Part shown: one piece after another, positions 26,201 to 37,251 of the stretch
Layout: each line of letters begins with the position of its first letter
How positions within the stretch are numbered: the stretch's first letter is position 1
Source: Podarcis tiliguerta
Lineage: Eukaryota
DNA length: 64,000 nt
NCBI GenBank assembly: GCA_965153285.1
Contig: OZ229115.1
Reading direction: 5' to 3' (one strand)
The notes under the pieces: model-generated
Seen by the model: only the letters and a program-made list of their open reading frames with translations
Database searches by the model: none
Told to the model about the DNA's origin: nothing
Translations under genes and position numbers: made by a program

Positions 26201-26370
26201 TGAAGTTGAGATTGGATGCTTTTAGTTGCACAGCAACAGTTCAACCACAGTTTACAGTTTGGAATAATGTTAACTATGGTTCTTTTAAATAAGCTAGTTT
26301 CATAACTCATGGCACAAAGTTGACTTGTTTCAAACCATAGTTAGTCACAGTTTGTCAGATTTTGATAATA

Positions 26371-26630
26371 CAGTGGAACCTCGGGTTGCAAACGTGATCC
26401 ATGCGGGAGGCACGTTTGCAACCAGCAGTGTTCACAACCCGCAGTGCCGCATCTGCGCACGTGCGTGACGCAATTCGGCACTTCTGCGCATGCACAAAGT
26501 GTGATTTAGTGCTTCTGCGCATGTGCAAGCGCCGAAACCCAGAAGTAACCCAATCCGGTACTTCTGGATTCGGTGCGTCCGTAACCCGAAAACGTGCAAC
26601 CCGCAGCGTTCGCAACCCAAGGTATGACTG
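26371..26630 (+). mobile_element. Tc1/mariner (Tigger-like) MITE, family B-related, CpG-rich
   Basis: TA|CAGTGGAACCTCGGGTTGC...GCAACCCAAGGTATGACTG|TA. Confidence 0.85.
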
Positions 26631-26986
26631 TACAACAACCACAACAGAAGCAAATGCTTCCAAACTCCTTCTCACAGTTTCATTGGAGAGCAAAGGTTCA
26701 CTGCAGCTCATTTTATCATACTAAATTGTGATTTAGCATGATGTACCATGATTAAAGAACAACCATTAATCTGATACAGGAAATCTAGATACGGGAAATC
26801 TAATTCTTTCCCCCCCTATTTCTTATATTTATTTATTTTTAAGTTTATTTCATTTCTTCATTATAGAACACTTATTTGTACTAATTGTGTTATTAGCTTT
26901 TCCTTATACATAACTGCATTATCCATATCTACTAAAAATTCTGTTAAATGAATAATTTAAAGTAAAATTTTAAAATACAGTAATAC

Positions 26987-27126
26987 CTTTATTTTCTCAT
27001 GAATATGCCGCAGTGAGTCTGCAGTCCCCATATCGGCATCATCAGTAATACATACAATATCAAGCTTCAGCTTCGTCTCCAAGTTTAGCACTTTCTGAAC
27101 TTCTTTTGTTGTAACCACAATGACTT
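26987..27126 (-). CDS. EIF2B3: eIF-2B gamma subunit, coding exon 3 (140 nt): (E)[46 protein letters not shown]
   Basis: Acceptor ttctgcactttag|AAGTC and donor ATAAAG|gtatta. Conserved DMGTADSLR motif. 148+140=288 nt restores phase 0. Confidence 0.97.
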
Positions 27127-28034
27127 CTAAAGTGCAGAAGAAAATGTTGTATGAGTACAACTATGAAAAGTTATAACATTATTATGCTCGTCTACTGAAC
27201 TGAATATGAATCAATCAAAGCTTGTTTTTTCCCCAAGACCAGCTGCTATTGTGGGAAATCTAGAAAACCTGCTTTTTACTGACTAAAAATGATCTGCAGT
27301 AGAATATGTAAATAGTTAACATTTTGTGGAGTTAAGTATTTTATGACATTAGTTTTATATTTGTGACACAGGAGCCTTGCAGACAACAGTCTCACCTAAA
27401 GGAGCTCACAATCAAAGTATAAGAAAGTTACCAAAAACGTAAGGAGAACATGAAGAAATAGTAGCACCTCTGCTCAGTGTGGCATTCCATGGACTTAAAT
27501 GGACACTCAATATTTACATGAACAGATCAGGTTTGAAACATGTGACTTTATAGGTACATAAGAACACCTCACTCTGAAGAGTATCTAGAATGCTTAGTTT
27601 GGATGTGGGAAATACAGGTCCAACTCCTCCATTAGGCTATTAATCACACACCTTGGGTAAACCATCAACTCTCAGGGCCACTTGTTAGGGGTAGCAAAAC
27701 TTGTTGGGTAAGTTTGGCTAATGTCTGATCTCTGGCAAGAGTACCTGCATGAGAGGAGCAATTGAAGAACATCTGTTTCCCAGTACCCCACTTTGCAGCT
27801 ATCACATTTCAGGAGAACAGGGCCAGAAGCCAGATGACATCAATGTTTAATACCATAAGTAGTACCTGGTATTCCTGATTTACTATTGCAGAGGCAGTAA
27901 TCTACCTATAAATCCAATTTTACTACTGTGAATTGCTCTGAGAACTATTAGGCAGAAAAGCAGTATACAAACAACAATTTACTATTTGAAAGCTATACCT
28001 GGAAAATGTTACCTATGCACTTGGAGGAAAGGTA

Positions 28035-28341
28035 CTGTATAAGCCGACTTTTTCAGCACATTTTTTATGCTGAAAAAGCCCCCCTCGGCTTATACTCGAG
28101 TGAGGGTCCTTTCGGGCTGCTCCTTTCTCCTCCTCTGCCTTTGCCGCTGTAGGCGGCGGAGGAATGAGCAGCCCGAAAGCAGCCCTTTTGGGCTGCTTGT
28201 TCTTCCTCCGCCCCCGCCGCCACCAGGTTTGTGGTGTGGTAAACAGGCTTATACTCGAGTCAATAAGTTTTCCCAGTTTTTTGTGGTAAAATTAGGTGCC
28301 TCGGCTTATATTCAGGTTGGCTTAGACTCGAGTAAATATGG
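28035..28341. mobile_element. Tc1/mariner (Tc2-like) MITE, left TIR partly deleted
   Basis: Repeated GGCTTATACTCGAGT; left TATAAGCCGA is the inverse of right TCGGCTTATA; ends CTCGAGTAAATATGG. Confidence 0.75.
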
Positions 28342-28827
28342 TGTACTTTAAACTAACTGCAAGCCACAATTTGGTGAATCATATTAAAATGAACCAAACT
28401 ATTCTAGAGAAATCCAGATTACGCATAGCTGCCCCATATTAAATAGGCTCTTGAGAGACACATACATTCTTTATATTTAATTGTGGTGGCAACCTAAAAA
28501 GATGCATACATTCAATTTTTTTCTGTGTTTTCATCACAGAAGTTGGTCCTACAAGAACCCCAAAACTTTAAACTTTCTCAGACTCAGAAGGCATTTTTGA
28601 AACTTGGCACAACAGTTTTAAAACAAAAGATAATGCTGCTGATGTGCACTGTTTTGCTGCTTGCATGCCAAATCCCAAAAGTGAAAAGCAATAAGAATAA
28701 TTCTGCCATATGCATCCCTCTGGATCATGACCATACTATAGAACACTCATATATAACACCAATGTGTTATATATAACCCTACACTTAAATACAGGAATTA
28801 TCAAGCTATATCAGTCACAGGATCAGA

Positions 28828-29150
28828 ATATAAGAAAAGCTTTTCAGCACCAGAACAGAGATCCATCCAGTGCCACATCCTGCTCCACAGAGCAACCAAC
28901 CAGTCACCTCTGTGGAAGCCCATAAGCAGGACTTGAGCACAATTCTCAAGCAATTCTCCCATTCTTGTTTCCCAGCACCTGCTGTTCCACAACACCAGTG
29001 CTCAGAGATACTGTTCCTCTGATCCTGGGATCATGACTAGTAGCCACTGATGGCTTTTACTATCCACAACTATGTCTAATTCCGCTTTAAAACTGACCAC
29101 ATTAGAGGCCATCCCCAGATCCTGTGGTAGTAAATGCCAACTATATGTTG
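28828..29150 (-). mobile_element. Decayed CR1 LINE 3' end
   Basis: TCCATCCAGTGCCACATCCTGCTCCACAGAGCAACCAACCAG resembles the CR1-type ends at 59428 (minus) and 61010 (plus). Confidence 0.55.
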
Positions 29151-29382
29151 TGTGATCCCCTCCCTGAAAAACCCCTTGAAGAGTAGGGTGACAGTTTGGG
29201 TTTATTTGGCCTGCATATATGAAGCAAAATCCTCCAATTTTGCTTCTTCTTTGTAGCTCATTTCTACACCTGCTGCAAACAAGAAATACAATGCCATCTC
29301 TCTTTTCTTTCTGATATTATGTGTAATTTGTTCACACTACAAGTCATCTTATCATAGGCATTCTGCAATGTTTGGTGCTCAC

Positions 29383-29530
29383 CTTCAAAACCAACTTGTT
29401 CCAGCAGATTGAGTGGGTACCATATTAAAGGTTTGTTGCCAATAGGTAAGAGAGCTTTAGGGATGCTTGAGGTCAGATCCATCATGCGGGATCCACCCCC
29501 AACCGCCATCACCACTGCTTGAAACTCCAT
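29383..29530 (-). CDS. EIF2B3: eIF-2B gamma subunit, first coding exon (exon 2; full exon 29383-29539 includes 9 nt of 5'UTR): [49 protein letters not shown]
   Basis: Acceptor tttgtctttccag|ATCTTTGCC-ATG-G (strong Kozak), donor GAAG|gtgagc, 148 coding nt. Typical EIF2B3 N-terminus. Confidence 0.98.
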
Positions 29531-30230
29531 GGCAAAGATCTGGAAAGACAAATTAAAGAGCAATCTAGAAACAGAATCAGCAAATAGGCAGTCTCCTAGG
29601 GAAGAAAATGCAGAGCTAGTGTCACCCTGAGGCAACTGCCCCTGAACTTATCTACAGGCACTGCCTTGGAGCACAACCATCACCCTAATCTCTTATTTAC
29701 GGACAATTAACACGCCCCCAACCAGGCTAACCTGCTCCCAAAGGATGTCTACCTCAGAGCTGAACTCAAAATTTGAAACACAATGATCCAGTTTATAAAA
29801 CCAGAGGGGCCAGAGCTGAATCTTCTGGGACAGGACAGGTTGTGGTAGCTCGGGAGAAACACACTTTTCATATGCTCAGAGGTTTTTCCTTTATTGCTTC
29901 ATGCTGAATTTTACTTTTACTTTGTGTTTACAGTACTTGCCTTACTGGGTTGGCCTGGCGAGGGCTAGAAATTCAGGCAAGCAAGCCAAAGGCGTCCCAC
30001 AACTGAGCTCTGGTATTAAAGCCTGTTTGCAGCGCCCCCGGACTTCAGCCCCCGGCCTCAAAAGCAAAGGAGGCGGGGTTTGATGATGTCCCCTGGCAAC
30101 TTCGGCCTCTTTTATTATGCTGGACAGCTGAAGACGGCCGAGGTCCCCCTTGCCCAGTCACAGCGAAGAAACCCCCGGTGGGCTCGCCGGGCCTGGGCGC
30201 CAGGGCTTCGCAGCCCAGCACACCCCTCAC

Positions 30231-30320
30231 CTTGTCACCTGGATATCAAAGGCTGCCGGTTAGTCCCCTGCCAGAGTGGCAAGGAACCAATCGCAGTGAC
30301 TTCCCCTTCCTTCAGGGTCG
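30231..30320 (-). other. EIF2B3: Putative non-coding exon 1 of EIF2B3 (5' end approximate)
   Basis: Donor ACAAG|gtgagg at 30231/30230 inside the CpG island, about 690 nt upstream of the exon 2 acceptor. TSS not determinable from sequence. Confidence 0.6.
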
Positions 30321-30680
30321 CTTCCGCGCCTGCGCCGCCGTAACGTGCATAGGCTCGCGCCAGCGTGTTTACCCGCGGAGCGAATCGATGAGCATCGCCC
30401 TCAGGAAGAGCGCCGAACAACCAATCCTCCTCCTTGCGGGCGGGGAAAATAAGCCGGGCGCGAAGAACACCGAGCTATCGATTCCCGCAGCGGCAGCAAC
30501 GCCGAGCTACCGATCTGCAGGTTTCTTTCTGAAGCTCATTCGGATAGGAGGAGCCCATTCCCAGCTGCTCGAGGGAGGGGAGGCGGGTGAGGTGGCTTGC
30601 TGCCTCTTGCTTCCCAAAGTATAACTCCCAAAGAATAAAATATCGACTGTTTCTCGTTGGTGAACCTTCGCCCCTGCCCC

Positions 30681-30769
30681 GTTGTTAAACTGCAGCTTCC
30701 ACCAGCCGCAGAGCAACATAGCCTGCGATGGTCAGGGATAATGGGAGTTGTAGTCCAGAAACATCTGGG
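30681..30769. mobile_element. Palindromic hAT-type MITE (family C) remnant at the edge of the promoter
   Basis: ATGGTCAGGGATAATGGGAGTTGTAGTCCAGAAACATCTGG matches the copy at 63118-63160. Confidence 0.75.
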
Positions 30770-33700
30770 CTGAGTAAAGCCGGGTTCGAATGGGGCAAGT
30801 CAATCCGCACAACCTGGCGCGGATTTATCTCTCTCTCTGTGTACTTGCCGTTGACTACTTTTGCCTGATGGGAAGCAGTGAAACTTGAAATCTCACGTTG
30901 TTTCAGCTTGGAATATCTGCCAATACAGATAGTGAGTCTGACTGGGTTTTGTCAAAATTGGCTCTGGAAGACATGCGTGTTTCTGAAATGTGAGCTTTAT
31001 TCCGGCTAGTAGTAACCGAGGTTCAATATAAACACAGCTGCCACGGATTTAGTGACAGATGCAAATCCAGGGTTGTGGAAAGTTTTTAACCTTTCTGCCC
31101 AGAAACACTGAAATATCAGAGAGGCTTTAAAAAACAAATTTGTTGGCTGCTCACTATCATCATCTCCAGAAAATGAGGTGAAAAATAAGATTCATCTTCA
31201 GCTACTGTTTCAATGTTTTGTTTTTGTTTTTTGCATCAGTGCATGTACAGAAGGCTTCAAGATGCTGGAGAAGATAACAAAATTAGAAAACAGGAAGCAT
31301 ATATACGGTACATTGGCTCTAAAACAAAGAGTAACAGCACAATATAAAAACAATTTTAAAAACTGACACAGGAAACTGCAGTGCCAAAGATCTAAAAACT
31401 ACTAAAAAGACTTTCCTAATAGCCTGTGGGAATGAAAAAGGGTCTACCTGGCACAGAAAGCCCACAACATGAATCAGTGCCATGTGAGCCTCTCTGGGAA
31501 CGGCAATCCAGAAACATGATTTGGTTGCAGAAACCTTACACAGAAATTAGATTATATCCTGTCTTTATTGAACATTTACTTCGCTTGAAGGGTGGCTATG
31601 TAACATTGAGCATTCTTCTTGATTTGCCACTCTGGGGTCTTCCTGTTTCTTTTCAATGCATTTCCCTATCACTTTCCAAATCACAAAAAGTCCAACCTTT
31701 TTTAAGAGTGGATTTGCTGCACTAGGGTGACTGAACCTTTTAATTAACTTTAATTGCAGAAACGTTTGGTATGCGCTTAACTCTTTCCCATGAAATACAG
31801 TCTGGAAGTGACCAGAATGTCATTGTTGCTTCCTGGTCTGCAGAAAACCAGACTCAGTACAGCCGCTTGACTACAGCATTCCCAAGATAACTAGAAGCTT
31901 ATTGTGGGGAGGGAGGTCGAACAGTTGAAGCAAGACCAAGAACATAACATTTAGGGGCTGAATCTCTGCTGAAGCTTAACTTTGCTTAACATTGTGAGAG
32001 ACCACACAAGGCAAAAGAGCAGAGTAATTTAGAACCTACTGAGTTTCCACATGTACGGTAATTTTGCCAAGTGGACTGTATGTTTACGTAGCAAGCAATA
32101 TGTCACTTGGGCATGTGTAGGTTGGATATAATGAGTAAAATGGAAAGGAGTTATTTCAATGAGGAACAAACACACTCCCCGCCCCAAAAAACCTGGTACC
32201 TAGATATTATAGGTTGCATGCATTGGCTCCCAAAGGATTAGGAGTTCTCATTTCCTTCATTGGCTCATGAAACCTAGCCTATGAAAGTTCAGAACCAGTT
32301 ACTATCTTGGTGCTGCCCTTTAGCTTTAAGCAGATTACTCCAATATCGCAAACATAACTTCTTGCCTGATGGAACGATCTGCCCTCTCCTCCCCCTGCAT
32401 ACTGTTCTTGGGGTTCTCCTGAGCCAATTTGGGAGGAAATGGGGATGCAGGGGGGAGATGTGGGGGGAAAGCACCACTGCGCTAGTGGAAATCCTTGTGT
32501 GCTTCTACCTATGGGGCTTACTCGCTGAATCCTGCCCATACTTTGTGTTCTTACCTAGAGAGACTATAGATGGATTGTCTAAAGGCCAAAATTAGGCAAC
32601 AGAAGTAATTTTGAGGGATAGCCTCACATTCTGCAGTATATTTGCATGTAAATTTTAATATAGCCAATGGAAGTACTGTAAATGGGGTTATTTTGTATTT
32701 ATAACAGCAGTTTGGGTCTCATCGCTGAATGGTTTCGAGCTGTGGTCCCCAAGTGCCTTCTATATGGGAATGCAGAATGCTTATATATGCTCTGCAATAA
32801 TCACTTAATGTTTCCAAAAGTCATAACATAAAAAAGAGTCAAGCTATGATGTGAACCAATCAGAAATATTATGCTTCTGCTGATCCTATAGGACTGAATG
32901 TTTAAAAAAGAAATTAAAACATATGCAAACATGTTTTTCCATATTGTAAGATGTACATTAATGACAGAACTGACAACTTAAAAAAAAACCCACCTTGTGT
33001 TTATCTGGGCCAAAATCAGGACTAAATAACATTTAGGCAGGGCTTGTGCAAATGTGATGAATTAATGGCAGTTAGGCAAGGCAGTCGATCTCCAGTATTT
33101 CTCCTGAGCGAGCTCTCACTGTTTTTGTTTAATACTTCATTTCTTCAAGGTTCCTCACATCTGGAAGCTCTCTGAACAATGTAAGTCTCCTGAGCATGTC
33201 TGTGCTAGAGTACAGCCAAAAATGGAATCCCCATCCCACATGAGAGTCTGATGTTTCAAAATTCATTTTCATCTCCATATGGAATGGTGGAAAATTTGAA
33301 ATAGTAAACTTTCTTTAATTCAAAGACGTTTGGGCTTGGTACATAACACGCATTTGGAAATTCAGAATCATAGGGTACAATCCTACACAATAGCAGAGGT
33401 TAGGAAATGGATATGTCCAGTGGGTCAGGTCCAGAACTGGCTCACCCTCTAGGCCACCTTTTGATAGGTGGGTGGTAAAACATTTGCTCTAATCTAATCT
33501 AATGCATAACTGCACTGATTATCTCCCATGACCCTACACCCTTTGCCATGTGTGAATACTGTGTCTTTTCTGAACTGTATTGCTCCAACACTTTCCCCTC
33601 CCAATAGCAGGGAGTGCTGCCTCCCCCAAATATGAGGCACTCCATTCCAGCCAATGGCATTGTTGACCAGTACAACTTTGGGGTTAGGGAGTCTTCCTAA

Positions 33701-33850
33701 AAAAACAACTTTTGGGGTGTCCTGGTTTTACTTTTTGAAATATGGCAACCCTACTGACCAGTCATGAATACTTTTGCCTTGCAGGATCATATGGAACAGA
33801 ACAAGCGATGGCTGGACACAGTGTTTCACTACAATCACCAAAAGAGAGGG

Positions 33851-34766
33851 AATAATAATAATAATAATTTATTTGTATCCCACCCTCCCCGGCCAAAGCC
33901 GGGCTCAGAACAGCTAACAACAGGTAAAAATAGCACAGTGTACATAAAATTGCACAGTCAATTAATTAAAATACATTCTAGAATCAATTCAGAATCAAAT
34001 TGATGGCAACCATTGGGTTAGAGTTCTATGAAGATTACAGAAGGAGAGAGGGGGGTCAGACTGTGCCTTGGCCAAAGGCCTGGCGGAACAGCTCCGTCTT
34101 GCAGGTCCTGCAGAAAGATGTCAAGTCCCGCAGGGCCCTAGTCTCGTGTGACAGAGCGTTCCACCAGATCGGGGCCACGGCCAAAAAAGCCCTGGCTCTG
34201 GTCAAGGCCAGTCTAACCTCCCTGTGGCCCGGGATCTCCAAGATGTTTTTATTTGAAGACCGTAAGGTCCTCCAAGGGACGCGGGTGGCGCTGTGGGTAA
34301 AAGCCTCAGCGCCTAGGGCTTGCCGATCGAAAGGTCGGCAGTTCGAATCCCCACGGCGGGGTGCGCTCCCGTTGTTTGGTCCCAGCGCCTGCCAACCTAG
34401 CAGTTCGAAAGCACCCCTAAGTGCAAGTAGATAAATAGGGACCGCTTACTAGCGGGAAGGTAAACGGTGTTTCCGTGTGCAGCTCTGGCCCGCCAGAGCA
34501 GCGATGTCACGCTGGCCACGTGACCCGGAAGTGTCTTCGGACAGCGCTGGCTCCTGGCCTCTTAAGTGAGATGGGCGCACAACCCTAGAGTCTGTCAAGA
34601 CTGGCCCGTACGGGCAGGGTACCTTTACCTTTAAGGTCCTCCATGGGACATACCAGGAGAGGCGGTGCTGTAGGTACGAGGGTCCTAGGCCGTATAGGGC
34701 CTTTACTCCACTGGGAGCCAGTGCAGCTGGCATAACACTGGGTGAATGTGATCCCGCGGCGAGGAC
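33851..34766 (-). mobile_element. L2 LINE 3' fragment (ORF2 C-terminus plus tail), split by a Sauria SINE
   Basis: Minus-strand peptides DHIHPVLCQLHWLPV, KALYGLGPSYL and RAFLAVAPIWWNAL...KTELF; (ATT)n tail at 33851-33868. Confidence 0.88.
34275..34631 (+). mobile_element. Full-length Sauria SINE
   Basis: GGGACGCGGGTGGCGCTGTGG head, GTTCGAATCC B box, (ACCTTT)n tail, and a 12-bp TSD TAAGGTCCTCCA at 34263-34274 and 34632-34643. Confidence 0.93.
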
Positions 34767-35244
34767 CCCATACTCAAAGTGTACTCAAAGTCCCTGCAGA
34801 CTCCTGCTTACTTCCTCACGCCTACTGTGCATGCAAATTCAGGGGCTATGTGCTCCAGCTGCTTCCTGTTTCCCATTACTTTCTCGATAGGTTACTTTTC
34901 TCACAGGTACAGGATCTATCCTGTGACTGTTCTGTGCAGGTGAGGAGGCAGACCCACCTCTTGACCCACAGCAATGCCCAGGATGCTCCCAGCTGTTCCT
35001 ATTTGGAATTGTTAAACTATCTGCTCCAGGCAGGTTCCTGTGACAATTATGCAACAGACAAAGGTATACTTAGCATGCAGGTGGTGCTGTAAGGAAGAGT
35101 GCACTATCCTTCTGTCAGCCAAGCCACTGTTCAAGGTACAGGAGTCCTGACTGACTGTCACTTCCACATATGGGCCTTTCCTGTTCAGGGATCTTCTCCA
35201 TTCCAGATTTGACACTGCCATGTGTTTTTTTTTTTTGTGTTTCC

Positions 35245-35378
35245 TAAAGGTAAAGGTACCCCTGACTGTTAGGTCCAGTCCCGGACGACTCTGGGGTTGC
35301 AGCGCTTATCTTGCTCTATAGGCCGAGGGAGCTGGCGTTTGTCTGCAGACAGCTTCCGGGTCATGTGGCCAGCATGAC
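35245..35378 (-). mobile_element. Sauria SINE 3' fragment
   Basis: TAAAGGTAAAGG tail; CTTCCGGGTCATGTGGCCAGC is the near reverse complement of 34511-34531. Confidence 0.88.
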
Positions 35379-35621
35379 ATGACCCCATGGACCAGAGCAC
35401 GCCAGGCACTCCTGTCTTCCACTGCCTCCTGCAGTTTGGTCAAACTCATGCTGGTAGCTTCGAGAACACTATCCAACCATCTCATCCTCTGTCGTTCCCT
35501 TCTCCTTGTGACCTCCATCTTTCCCAACATCAGGGTCTTTTCCAGGGAGTCTTCTCTTCTCATGAGGTGGCCAAAGTATTGGAGCCTCAGCTTCAGGATC
35601 TATCCTTCCAGTGAGCACTCA
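35379..35621 (-). mobile_element. Bov-B (RTE) LINE 3' fragment lacking the extreme tail
   Basis: Peptide MRREDSLEKTLMLGKME...RMRWLDSV...WRALVHGV. Confidence 0.92.
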
Positions 35622-35634
35622 TAAAGCAAGTAGT

Positions 35635-36048
35635 GTTGTTGTTGTTTAGTCGTTTAGTCGTGTCCGACTCTTCGTGACCCCATGGACCAAAGCACGCCAG
35701 GCACTTCTGTCTTCCACTGCCTCCTGCAGTTTGGTCAAACTCATGCTGGTAGCTTCGAGAACACTGTCTAACCATCTCATCCTCTGTTGTCCCCTTCTCC
35801 TTGTGCCCTCCATCTTTCCTAACATCAGGATCTTTTCCAGGGAGTCTTCTCTTCTCATGAGGTGGCCAAAGTATTGGAGCCTCAGCTTCAGGATCTGTCC
35901 TTCCAGTGAGCACTCAGGGCTGATTCTCTTCAGAATGGGTAGGTTTGATCTTCTTGCAGTCCATGGGACTCTCAAGAGTCTCCTCCAGCACCATAATTCA
36001 AAAGCATCAATTCTTTGGCGATCAGTCTTCTTTATGGTCCAGCTCTCA
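35635..36048 (-). mobile_element. Bov-B (RTE) LINE, 5'-truncated, with (CAA)n tail
   Basis: Peptide RVPWTARRSN...LKLRLQYFGHLMRREDSLEK...HGVTKSRTRLND; tail GTTGTTGTTGTT. Confidence 0.95.
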
Positions 36049-36798
36049 ATGTGGAAGTGGTAAATAGTGATTCCTCTCCCATACCCTAATGTGATCTGGC
36101 TTCATCCAGCTTTACGATGTGGCTCTCGAAGGGAGGACAAGAAGCTTGATGGGCTCAGGGGCAGTGGTCTCTCCTCTTTCACTCACTCTTTGGTTCTTTG
36201 GACTTCAGCAGCAGGGCCCTAAAGAGTGCCCAGGTGAGACAGGAGTTGCTGCCAGGATGCATGAGGCAGCCCCTACCACATTAGGACCAGGGATCCCCCT
36301 CAGCCATGAAGCTCACTGTGAAACGAAGCTGCCTTATGATGGCATTGTGAGGTTAAAATGGGGTAAGTGGGGAGAACTCTGTATGGGACCCTGAGGGTGG
36401 GATTAAAACAAATGTAATGTGGGCTGCATAGAAAATAGCCTGAGATACCACCAGCAGCCACCACTCCATTAATTTTTTTATAAACTTTCTGGGCAGATGA
36501 AAATGCCTGGTAGCAATCAACCAGAAGTAATTCTGGGAATGATGCAAATTTGAGGCACTCTGCCCTATACTAATATTATCCCTGGGCTCCTTCCCTAAAC
36601 CATTGTCCCTCCTCCTATTTGATTATTTTCAAACTCCAGGGGCTTGTCCAAAGTGGCAGGGGCATAGTACGCAGTAATAAATCTTCTTTGGAATCTGCTG
36701 CGAGCATAATGTTGAAAACCGGAAGCATTTATTGCTAGGTGCAGAAGTGACTATATGGGCAGTCTACAAGGGAACTTACTCTGGGGTCTTGTACTAGG

Positions 36799-36910
36799 CC
36801 AGCCTTCGCCAACCTGGTACCCTCCAGATGTTTTTGCAGTGCTGGTTTAGGGATGCTGATGGCAGTTGTAGTTCAAAACACCTGGAGGACACCAGGCTAG
36901 AGAAGGTTGT
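36799..36910. mobile_element. Palindromic hAT-type MITE (family C), degenerate
   Basis: CAGCCTTCGCCAACCTGGTACCCTCCAGATGTTT...AAACACCTGGAGGACACCAGG..GAAGGTTG. Confidence 0.65.
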
Positions 36911-37009
36911 GATAGGTGCATGCAGTAAAATTTGCCTTTTGCCAAAGTTAAACAGCCATTGAAAGACCTACATCCAGGTAGCTGGGATAAACAAGTAGAA
37001 TAACAAGTA

Positions 37010-37251
37010 CAGTGGTACCTCAGGTTACATATGCTTCCGGTTACATACGCTTCAGGTTACAGACTCCACTAACCCATAAATAGTGCTTCAGGTTAAGAAC
37101 TTTGCTTCAGGATGAGAACAGAAATCGTGCTCTAGTGGTGCGGCGGCAGCTGGAGGCCCCATTAGCTAAAGTGGTGCTTCAGGTTAAGAACAGTTTCCGG
37201 TTAAGAACAGACCTCCGGAATGAATTAAGTACTTAACCCGAGGTACCACTG
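37010..37251 (-). mobile_element. Tc1/mariner MITE, family A, copy 3
   Basis: TA|CAGTGGTACCTC...GAGGTACCACTG|TA. Confidence 0.93.

Larger units (their letters stand above)
30000..30830 (-). promoter_or_regulatory. EIF2B3: CpG-island promoter of EIF2B3
   Basis: Only long non-repeat CpG/GC-rich block in the window. ETS CGGAAG (reverse, 30321-30326), NRF1-like GCGCCTGCGC (30326-30335), CCAAT (30287, 30421), GC box GGGCGGGG (30438-30445). Confidence 0.88.

Noticed and set aside
30178-30624. 148-aa plus-strand ORF
   Set aside because: It lies in the GC-rich promoter where stops are depleted, and has no recognisable domain.
32000-32008. Additional GLI-like 9-mers (GACCACACA at 32000, GACCACCTA at 41895)
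   Set aside because: One-mismatch 9-mers are expected several times by chance in 64 kb, and they have no supporting context.
34000-34434. 144-aa ORF
   Set aside because: It is the antisense frame of L2 fused to a Sauria SINE.
35159-36059. 11-bp inverted repeat CACTTCCACAT / ATGTGGAAGTG flanking the Bov-B array
   Set aside because: Too short to interpret. It could be chance or a tiny 5' inversion of Bov-B sequence.
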